The notes below the pieces were generated by a model. The model ran no database searches, had not been told where the DNA came from, and saw only the letters and a list, made by a program, of their open reading frames with translations. Positions 8,603-15,976 of a DNA stretch of 20,241 nucleotides are shown piece by piece. Positions within the stretch are counted from its first letter, which is position 1, and each line of letters opens with the position of its first letter. The position numbers were made by a program, and so were the translations under genes. Origin of the DNA: Deinococcales bacterium (GTDB lineage Bacteria > Deinococcota > Deinococci > Deinococcales > JAAFIG01); the NCBI GenBank assembly GCA_043778225.1, contig JAYWGM010000060.1:1-20241 (forward strand). Reading direction: 5' to 3'.

Positions 8603-9499
8603 ATGACCATCGGCGCAACGGGGACTGGTACAGAAAGCATTCACCAAGGCAGTCAAGACCTTGATTTACTCGAGACCGCAGCTTTGGTGCGCTTGTTGGC
8701 TGGCGACCAAGAAAATGCCGTTAAAGCTGTGCTGGCGGTGGCTGATTCAATTGCCAAAGCCGTAGATTTAGCCGCCGAGCGCCTCAGCCTTGGTGGGCGC
8801 TTACTCTACGCTGGGGCTGGCACAAGCGGGCGTTTGGCATACTTAGACTCGAGCGAACTGACTCCTACTTTTGGCTGGTCAAAAGACAGAGCCGTGGTCG
8901 CCATGGCTGGCGGGAAAAATGCGGTTTTTCAGGCAGCTGAAGGCGCAGAAGACGATTTTGAAATGGGCAGAAACGACCTGCTGGCGCTAAAACCCACAAG
9001 CCATGATGTCCTGATTGGTATTGCTGCCAGTGGTGGTACGCCCTATGTTCTTGGGGCGCTCGAGCTTGCCAAAGAACATGGAGCATTGCGAATCGGCTTA
9101 TCGAACAATCCTAATACAAAAATTCTCGAGGTTGCCGATGTCTCGATTTTACTCGATACGGGTGCAGAGGTAATTTCGGGCAGCACCCGCTTAAAAGCTG
9201 GCACAGCCCAAAAAATTGCTTTGAACACGCTCTCGAGCGGCATTATGGTGCGCTTAAATAAGGTCTACGGCAACTTGATGGTGGACTTACAAGCCACCAA
9301 CATTAAACTGGTGGCTCGAGCTATTCGTTTAACACGGCTGGCGACCAATGCCCCCGACGACATGGCAGAAGCCGCCCTGAGCCAAGTGGGTTGGAATGTC
9401 AAAACCGCAATTGTGATGCTCGAGAAGAACTTATCTGCCGAAAGTGCCACGGCATTGCTTGAGCAATGTGCTGGTAGTGTGCGTCGGGCTTTGCAGTGA
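8603..9499 (+). CDS. murQ: N-acetylmuramic acid 6-phosphate etherase
   Basis: GAGTSGRL..LD.SE..PTF, EGAED, GIAASGGTPYV, GSTRLKAGTAQK and GNLMVD motifs. Confidence 0.96.
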   Translation: MTIGATGTGTESIHQGSQDLDLLETAALVRLLAGDQENAVKAVLAVADSIAKAVDLAAERLSLGGRLLYAGAGTSGRLAYLDSSELTPTFGWSKDRAVVAMAGGKNAVFQAAEGAEDDFEMGRNDLLALKPTSHDVLIGIAASGGTPYVLGALELAKEHGALRIGLSNNPNTKILEVADVSILLDTGAEVISGSTRLKAGTAQKIALNTLSSGIMVRLNKVYGNLMVDLQATNIKLVARAIRLTRLATNAPDDMAEAALSQVGWNVKTAIVMLEKNLSAESATALLEQCAGSVRRALQ

Positions 9500-9519
9500 G
9501 TAAGTGCTAGACTTTTTGT

Positions 9520-10239
9520 ATGTACCATAAAGACCTGAGGGCGCTCGATGCGCTCGAGCTATTGCCGCGTGTGATTCACAATGCCGATGAGGTCAATCCG
9601 GGTTTCTCGGCACTTGGTGCGGAGCTTGCGGGTCCACTCTGGGCAGAAGCGCCTGCCAATTGGCTGGGGCGAGTCACGGCTCGAGCCGAAGATGCACTTG
9701 GCAGTGTTTACCTTGTGCCGCCCTATAAAATGAAACGCCTGATGCCACTGATGCGCCAAATGCAGGAGTATGGCGTGATTGCGGCGGGGATTGACTTTGC
9801 GCTGCTCGAGATTGCCACCGAAACCCGCCCGCGCAGTGCCGCCGAACTGAGCGAACTCAAAGACGCGGCGGGTGTGCCTTTTGTGGTGGCTGGAATCCTC
9901 GACCCACGCGATGCCGAATTGGCTGCCGAAGCTGGCGCAGATGCAATTATTGCTTGCTCGAGCCTGAGCAGCATTATTGGCGGTCCGAGCTTGCCAAGCC
10001 TTGTGGCAGACATCCGCGATGCAGTTGGCGATACGCTGCTTTTTGCTCGAGGTGGCTTACGCAGCGGTTCGGATGTGCTGCGCTATATTGCGCTGGGTGC
10101 AGACTCGGTGGTCGTGCCGGGCAACTTAAACCCGCACCGAATACTCGAGGAATTTGTACAGGGAATGCGCTGGAGTGGCTGCTCGAGCCTAGCCGAAATC
10201 AACTACGACCTGATTTTTGAACCGATGTTTACCGATTAG
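9520..10239 (+). CDS. Alpha-hydroxy-acid oxidase / FMN-dependent dehydrogenase-like protein, catalytically degenerate
   Basis: LLPRV, PFVVAGILDPRDAELAAEAGADAII and GGLRSGSDVLRYIALGAD follow the family pattern, but the KG, SNHGGRQ, DGG and GRP motifs are altered. Confidence 0.7.
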   Translation: MYHKDLRALDALELLPRVIHNADEVNPGFSALGAELAGPLWAEAPANWLGRVTARAEDALGSVYLVPPYKMKRLMPLMRQMQEYGVIAAGIDFALLEIATETRPRSAAELSELKDAAGVPFVVAGILDPRDAELAAEAGADAIIACSSLSSIIGGPSLPSLVADIRDAVGDTLLFARGGLRSGSDVLRYIALGADSVVVPGNLNPHRILEEFVQGMRWSGCSSLAEINYDLIFEPMFTD

Positions 10240-10300
10240 GATTTATATCACGTACCGCGTTTGGTACAAGTAAAAATGGTGGCTCAGGTTTGGAGAACGC

Positions 10301-11068
10301 ATGATGCAACTCGAAACAGCCGTTCAAATAGCTGGGCATAGTCTGGTGGTATTGCAAAACACGACTCGAGACTCGAGTTTTCAGGAAAAAGCTGGAATCT
10401 GGTGGTATCAAACTCAAACCAACCTGAACGCCATGTTGACCAACACCGATTCTATGCCACTCGAAGTCAGCGCGGCGGCTCGAGCGTGGGGTCTGAAAAA
10501 ACAGTTGGTGATTCATCAGTTCTTAACTCCAGATTCGGATCAAATTGGCTTAATAGCCCGTTTTGCTGCGGCTGGTTTTGTTTTGACCAATCGTCATTAC
10601 CTCATGAACCAAGACTTAAAACTACAACTCGAGTTGCCTGTACCTTGGAGGGTTTTTTGCGCCGAAAATCAAAAACAAATTAAGCAAATCTCGAGCGCCG
10701 CCAAAGAAATTTTGTTGAATCTGGCTCAGTTGCCACCGTCGCCTTTGGGGGTGCGCTTGTACGCGGCTCAAGACTCGAGTCAAATTGTTGCTTGGGCGCG
10801 AGTTGCCCAATTACAGCCCGATACTGCTTGGTTGGACGATTTGTTTACGCGGGTGGCTTGGCGTAAACGCGGTGTGATGGCAAGTATTTTACAACGCATT
10901 GACCAAGATGCAATTACTTTTGGGGCGCACCAAATGCTGTTGTTTTCGGGGCAGCATAATCTCGAGTATCATCTTGGGCATGGGTATGAAAAAGTGGCAA
11001 TAAAATTGCGATTTGCTGCCCCACCAACTTGGTTTGAACGAATCAAAAATAAGTTCAAAGCAAGTTAA
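10301..11068 (+). CDS. GNAT family N-acetyltransferase
   Basis: C-terminal AWLDDLFTRVAWRKRGVMASIL (motif A) and LGHGYE; GGAG RBS upstream. Confidence 0.75.
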   Translation: MMQLETAVQIAGHSLVVLQNTTRDSSFQEKAGIWWYQTQTNLNAMLTNTDSMPLEVSAAARAWGLKKQLVIHQFLTPDSDQIGLIARFAAAGFVLTNRHYLMNQDLKLQLELPVPWRVFCAENQKQIKQISSAAKEILLNLAQLPPSPLGVRLYAAQDSSQIVAWARVAQLQPDTAWLDDLFTRVAWRKRGVMASILQRIDQDAITFGAHQMLLFSGQHNLEYHLGHGYEKVAIKLRFAAPPTWFERIKNKFKAS

Positions 11069-11484
11069 GCCTCGAGTTGTGCCTTAGCAGCTGTTTTCAT
11101 CGTGTCCGCTACCAGTGTGTACACCACACCCCAAGCCTCACGGACTTCGGTGGTGAATGCCAGTCCTAAACCCTTTTCTAAAGTCCAGATAAGCGCAGTC
11201 CCAACAGTTTCATAGTGTGCTTCGGTCACACCGTACCCCGCGTGACGTTGCCCAAGTAATTTTAGAGCAGGTAAGACCACATCGGGTTTGGTTAAATTGG
11301 TCACGGCAACACCCAGCATGGTCATGAGTTTCTTGCCTTGTTCGGTCATGTCGCCATGAAACATGGCTTTGAGACTCGGGTCAAGCTCGAATAAGCGTGT
11401 GTAAAATAAGTCGGCTGCCACAACCGCAATTGGTTCTACCTGAGCAAACGACGTTTGTACCAGTTCAATTTGATGTGCATTCAT
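11065..11484 (-). CDS. Single-domain globin (flavohaemoglobin/Vgb-like), 139 aa
   Basis: LFYTRLFELDP (B10 Tyr), EQGKKL (E7 Gln) and LGQRHAGYGV (proximal His). Start MNAHQ at 11484 with an AGAGGT RBS. Confidence 0.93.
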   Translation of the reverse strand: MNAHQIELVQTSFAQVEPIAVVAADLFYTRLFELDPSLKAMFHGDMTEQGKKLMTMLGVAVTNLTKPDVVLPALKLLGQRHAGYGVTEAHYETVGTALIWTLEKGLGLAFTTEVREAWGVVYTLVADTMKTAAKAQLEA

Positions 11485-11522
11485 AAAATTACCTCTTAAA
11501 ATCTCGAGCCGTGAATCGTGGG

Positions 11523-12887
11523 TTATGGTTGAGCCACAACTAAACTCGGTTGGTGGTTTTTCTCGTGACTCGAGCCTCGCCAAACGCGCCAAACGATACT
11601 GGGTACGAATAAAGAACTTGGTGGTTTGACCATGTTGCCCACGCTATGAAATGCTACGGTCAAGATTGGGTCATGTGCTGCTACCGTCAGTAATTTTGCA
11701 ATGTAGGCATTGATCAAATTAACTTCTGGTCCTCGTTTACCAATGGTTTCGGCAAAAGCAAAATCTGCTCCTGCTGCCAGCATCCAAGCGGTATCTACAA
11801 CCCCAGCCGCTTGCTTAAAAAATCGTTTGCCAATGCCTTTGATTCCAAGGTTCAGAGCGGTACTCAGGGCTTGGGCTTCGAGACTGGCAACACTCATGCC
11901 TTGTCCAAAAATTGGATTAAAACTACACATCGCGTCGCCCAATACCAAGAAACCTTCTGGAAAGGATTTTAATTTTTCGTAATGCCGTCGTAAACTTGCA
12001 GGGAATTTGTACGGCACAATCTCCGAGAGTGGCTCGGCGTTTTTAAGTAAATTGTACAATTCAGGGGTTGGTAAACTGCGAGTAAACTCGAGAAAACCAG
12101 CTTGGTCAGTTGGCGGATGATCGCCGTGCATTCCAATCAGGGTCACTGCCCATTGGTCATTTTCCTGAGCTAAAATTACTGCACCACGCTTTTGATTTGG
12201 GGCTTTTGGTGCAATAACCATCAGGGCTTTACCGTTCAAATCAGAGCTTGAACGCCGAAAAGTACGGGTTGAATACGCCATATTGACTTTGACTTCGCTT
12301 ACTTGAGGCGCAACAAAACCCATCCGCTCGAGCCAAACTGGGCTTTGCGAACCACGACCACTGGCATCCACCACCAAATCCGCTTTGAATTGCTGTTTGA
12401 TGCTGTCCACTTCGTACTGCACACCAATAACTTGATTGGCTTTGATTAATAAACCCTTCACAGCCACATCAGTCAAAGCCACCACATTCTTTAAGCTCAG
12501 AACACGATTACGAACCACCGCCTCGAGATTCGGACGACTGATTGCCACACCATGCAAATCTGAAGTTGCTGCAGCTAAAAAAGCCCCATTTTGAAACCAA
12601 GCACCGTCCTTGGTGACATCCAACAAAAGCGCCCCAGCTTTGACCAATTCGGACTGCAAATCTGGGAATAACCTCAGCAAAACACGGTAGCCAGCACTGA
12701 GTAACCCATGCGGATGCTGACCTTGAGGCACGCCCTTACGCGGCAACGTATTTTCTGAGAAAACATCACGCTCGAGTAGTGTGACCCGCTCGAAACGCTC
12801 CGAAAGCACCCGAGCCGCCAACAAACCGCTCATGCTTGCCCCAATCACAATCGCGTGCTTAGCGATTTGGATATTATTTTGATTCAT
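11523..12887 (-). CDS. FAD-dependent monooxygenase/oxidoreductase
   Basis: AIVIGASMSGL, RKGVPQGQH.H, LVVDASGRGS and LGDAMCSFNPIFGQGMS. Start MNQNN at 12887 with an AGAGGTGG RBS. Confidence 0.9.
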   Translation of the reverse strand: MNQNNIQIAKHAIVIGASMSGLLAARVLSERFERVTLLERDVFSENTLPRKGVPQGQHPHGLLSAGYRVLLRLFPDLQSELVKAGALLLDVTKDGAWFQNGAFLAAATSDLHGVAISRPNLEAVVRNRVLSLKNVVALTDVAVKGLLIKANQVIGVQYEVDSIKQQFKADLVVDASGRGSQSPVWLERMGFVAPQVSEVKVNMAYSTRTFRRSSSDLNGKALMVIAPKAPNQKRGAVILAQENDQWAVTLIGMHGDHPPTDQAGFLEFTRSLPTPELYNLLKNAEPLSEIVPYKFPASLRRHYEKLKSFPEGFLVLGDAMCSFNPIFGQGMSVASLEAQALSTALNLGIKGIGKRFFKQAAGVVDTAWMLAAGADFAFAETIGKRGPEVNLINAYIAKLLTVAAHDPILTVAFHSVGNMVKPPSSLFVPSIVWRVWRGSSHEKNHQPSLVVAQP

Positions 12888-12961
12888 AAAACCACCTCTT
12901 GTATCTCGAGGACGAAAAAACATGGAACTCGAAACACCTATTCATTTCTTTGACTTAACTA

Positions 12962-13168
12962 TTACGTTCCCGACTTCATAAAAACCAAAAAAGGTAAGCC
13001 AAGTAACACCACCAGTAGCAACAACAAACCAATCATTAGTACGCCAATCGGCACAATTTGCTCGAGATTCAACTGATACCCATAGCGGACAATCAGTCCA
13101 AGCACGATAAACACAACAACAAGATAAAGAAGGTACAGCACTGCAAAAATTATTATTTTAAGTCCCAT
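12962..13168 (-). CDS. Small two-TM membrane protein (68 aa)
   Basis: Two long hydrophobic segments, AAGGGA upstream of the ATG, and co-orientation with its neighbours. Confidence 0.6.
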   Translation of the reverse strand: MGLKIIIFAVLYLLYLVVVFIVLGLIVRYGYQLNLEQIVPIGVLMIGLLLLLVVLLGLPFLVFMKSGT

Positions 13169-13187
13169 GTCATCCCTTCTAATTCAC

Positions 13188-13310
13188 TTAAAAACTACCC
13201 ATGCCAGCCACTAAAACCGCGTAATTCCCTTGGGTCTCGAGGCTTGGCTTGACGTATGGTTTTTTGACGACGTTCACTTCGGTGCTTGGTGCTTCTTTAA
13301 CTTGATTCAT
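13188..13310 (-). CDS. 40-aa peptide with RiPP-leader-like KKPYxxPxL motif
   Basis: Manual translation: MNQVKEAPSTEVNVVKKPYVKPSLETQGNYAVLVAGMGSF*. Strong RBS AGAGGAG 4 nt before the ATG. Below the ORF-track cut-off. Confidence 0.75.
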   Translation of the reverse strand: MNQVKEAPSTEVNVVKKPYVKPSLETQGNYAVLVAGMGSF

Positions 13311-13373
13311 AATGCTCCTCTTGAAACAACCCCAGAACTTGATGGCTCGAGGGGGAAAATTGCGAATACTCAG

Positions 13374-15851
13374 TTATTTTTTGAGTAAGACACTGATTGA
13401 ATTTGAACTGCTGTTACCTGTGATAAAATCAAGTTTGCCATCGGCGTTAACATCGCCTGTGCTGACAACCCGAGCATTTTCACTGGGGCTATAATCGGTC
13501 TTGGCAGCAAAACTACCCGTACCCGTACCGAGCAGTACACTGGCGCTACCAGTAACCGAGCTAAAGTTGGCAGTAATTACATCGAGTTTGTTATCGCCGT
13601 TGAAATCGCCAATTTTAATGTCTATTGGGTTTGTACCAGCTATAAAATCGGTTTTTGGATTGAGACTGCCATAACCCGTGCCTAACAGTAAACTGATGGT
13701 ACTTGAACCTTGATTGACCACGGCTAAATCGAGTTTGCCATCGGTGTTAAAATCTCCAGCCGCTAAGCCTTTGGGACTCGAGCCAACAGGGAAATCGGTT
13801 TTTGTATCGAACGTTCCAATGCCAGTACCAAGCAATAAACTGATGGTATCTGCACTGCTATTGGCTACGGCAACATCGAGTTTTCCATCGCCGTTAAAAT
13901 CGCCCAGTGTGACATCTCGAGGGCTTGTACCAACCAGATAATCGGTTTTGGCTGTAAATACACCAAAGGCATTGCCGAGCAGCAGACTGATGGTATTTGC
14001 ACTATTATTAACGACCACCAAGTCAAGCGCACCATCGCCGTTCAAATCGCCATTGCTGATGGCGACAGCCCCAGCACCTACCGCATAATCGGTTTTGTTT
14101 GGAAATAAACCTAAACCATTTCCGAGCAGCAGACTGATGGTATTTGGATTCTGATTGACCACGGCAATATCAAGGTTGCCGTCGGCATTAAAATCCCCTG
14201 TGGTTAATGCACCCGGGTTTGCCCCTGTACTCGAGTTGAGGGGCGCTGAAAATCCTCCCCCGCCAGTGTTGAGTAAGGCATTGACTTGATTGCCTCCAGG
14301 ATTTGTGACCACCACATCCAAATGACCATCGCTGTTAAAATCGCCTGTGGTTAAACCAATTGGCGTACCAACCGTGGCTGTACTGACTTTAGAATTAAAA
14401 CCAGTCACAGCTTCTGGGCTACTGGCGATCCGAAAGCGGTAGACAATTGGTTTTAGGGCAGCATTATCCAAAGTTCGAGTTAAAAATTGAGTCAGGCTGA
14501 CTTCAACTTCTTCACCGCGCCTAAAATTGGTCGTAGGCGTATACACAAGACCATCACCAGGAAACGGGGTACTGTAATCGCCGTTGCTACTCGAGCGCCG
14601 CCCTGTTTCAGCACTGTTAATCACAAAGTTAGAACTTGTCGCATCAAACATTAGATCGCAAGTATTGGCTTGTACCACGGTATTGGCAGCTACAAACATA
14701 CTGTTTGGAATCGGTAAAACACTGGTCACACCGGGTTGATTACTAAAAAAATCTTGAGCCAATGTCGGTGTGACGGTGGCAGTTTCGACTCGGCAGAGCA
14801 GATCGCGTTGCACACCTGTACCAGTTGGGTTTGGGTAGCCAAAAATTCCACTGCTCGGCAAGGTACGGATATACCGTTTTCCACCAATTCCGGGCAATAC
14901 ATTTAAGTTCAGCACTTGCTCGAGTGAAGTTTGAGCGGCAATACTTTGTTCTTCTTGACTTTGCGAAGTGGCAGATGCAATGTCGTCGGCAACCACGAAC
15001 ACAAAACTAAAGGTAAATGGATTTTGACTGCGAATTGGTTTACGTGGCAACTTAAAAGCAAAGGTGACACGTCCCTTGAAGCAACTCGAGTTGTTGGTCA
15101 CAAAGGTGTAACCGTTTGGTGGGCTGGTCAGGGTACTCGAGCAATTGGCACTGGTTGGTGTCATACCAATGGTTCGTGCAGTGCCAGAAGTTGGTACACT
15201 CCGAGCCGTGTACCCATACTCGAGGACTTGCAGTGCTGGGTATGTGGTATTCAAAGCTACTTGCACCACATCGGTTTCGGCTTCGCTGTAAAGCTGCATA
15301 TCCGCCGCTTCTGGTTCGATTTCAACACCGTTACTGATACTCGAGCGCATACCATGCGTGGGTTTGATGGCACGGTAGGTCAATTCGCCCGTGGGTACAG
15401 TATCGGTGGCTGGGATAACCACATCTGCGCCATCTTTTAAGCTCGAGAACATTGTGCCAAGTTGAGTATTTAAGCTGGTAGCCACAAAGTTGAGGTTCTT
15501 AAAGCTGGTGGCACTAAAATTTGCAATATCAAAAGTGGCTCGGACATAGCGGGTTTTTGTGCCAAAGGTTTCGTTGGCATCTATAAACCCAACACTGTTG
15601 CGTTTAATGGCAATTTGCGAGGTGGTGTTGCCATTGGCAGTTAAGCTCTGGGTTTGCAACTTGCTCGAGACAAACGGCTTAAAGTTGCTGCGGCTGGTTG
15701 GATTTAATTCATCGCTAAAATCCAGTGTCACCTCGAGTAAACCAAGGGTTTTAACAGGGCTTGGAATGGAAGGTGGTTTTTCTATTCTGGTACTACCACA
15801 ACCAATCGTGGCAACAAGTAGTAAGGTAAATCCGAGGAACTGACGCATCAT
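13374..15851 (-). CDS. Lipoprotein with unknown N-terminal domain, Ig-like (Big_5-like) domain and seven FG-GAP/VCBS repeats
   Basis: Lipobox TIGC and AAGGAG RBS; seven GD(F/L/V)NxD(G/N)xLD motifs at ~49-aa period. Confidence 0.9.
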   Translation of the reverse strand: MMRQFLGFTLLLVATIGCGSTRIEKPPSIPSPVKTLGLLEVTLDFSDELNPTSRSNFKPFVSSKLQTQSLTANGNTTSQIAIKRNSVGFIDANETFGTKTRYVRATFDIANFSATSFKNLNFVATSLNTQLGTMFSSLKDGADVVIPATDTVPTGELTYRAIKPTHGMRSSISNGVEIEPEAADMQLYSEAETDVVQVALNTTYPALQVLEYGYTARSVPTSGTARTIGMTPTSANCSSTLTSPPNGYTFVTNNSSCFKGRVTFAFKLPRKPIRSQNPFTFSFVFVVADDIASATSQSQEEQSIAAQTSLEQVLNLNVLPGIGGKRYIRTLPSSGIFGYPNPTGTGVQRDLLCRVETATVTPTLAQDFFSNQPGVTSVLPIPNSMFVAANTVVQANTCDLMFDATSSNFVINSAETGRRSSSNGDYSTPFPGDGLVYTPTTNFRRGEEVEVSLTQFLTRTLDNAALKPIVYRFRIASSPEAVTGFNSKVSTATVGTPIGLTTGDFNSDGHLDVVVTNPGGNQVNALLNTGGGGFSAPLNSSTGANPGALTTGDFNADGNLDIAVVNQNPNTISLLLGNGLGLFPNKTDYAVGAGAVAISNGDLNGDGALDLVVVNNSANTISLLLGNAFGVFTAKTDYLVGTSPRDVTLGDFNGDGKLDVAVANSSADTISLLLGTGIGTFDTKTDFPVGSSPKGLAAGDFNTDGKLDLAVVNQGSSTISLLLGTGYGSLNPKTDFIAGTNPIDIKIGDFNGDNKLDVITANFSSVTGSASVLLGTGTGSFAAKTDYSPSENARVVSTGDVNADGKLDFITGNSSSNSISVLLKK
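13377..14400 (-). repeat. Intragenic ~147-bp tandem repeats encoding FG-GAP blades
   Basis: aatcggtt blocks at 13644, 13791, 13938 and 14085 (147-bp period); identical 25-mers at 13975-13999 and 14122-14146. Confidence 0.85.
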
Positions 15852-15878
15852 TTGTTCTCCTTTGAACGAACTGTTCGT

Positions 15879-15914
15879 AGCTTAGAATTGCTGCCGTAGC
15901 CTGAGCGTAGCCTG
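15879..15914 (-). promoter_or_regulatory. SARP/AfsR-type activator site and -10 element of the lipoprotein operon
   Basis: Minus strand reads CAGGCTACG-CT-CAGGCTACG-(10 nt)-TAAGCT: a perfect 9-mer direct repeat at 11-bp period. Confidence 0.7.
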
Positions 15915-15976
15915 TGTCGTTTGATTCGTCAGGCTCGAGAAAAGCAGCAAAACACAAACTGTGTCATGATGGTCTG

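Noticed and set aside
11485..11592. N-terminal extension of the globin in the ORF track (175 aa)
   Set aside because: It overlaps the monooxygenase 3' end, while the globin fold and an RBS point to ATG 11484.
13188..13310. Canonical lasso peptide cluster
   Set aside because: There is no Thr at -2, the core is too short and lacks an Asp/Glu acceptor, and no cyclase, peptidase or RRE gene is in the window.
13377..14400. CRISPR array or non-coding tandem repeat
   Set aside because: The period is 147 bp (49 codons), the units are degenerate and protein-coding (FG-GAP), and there are no cas genes.
15914..15976. GTG 15914 as the regulator start
   Set aside because: It overlaps the direct-repeat site, lacks an RBS and adds a non-domain extension. 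GTG 15977 fits better, though this is not proven.
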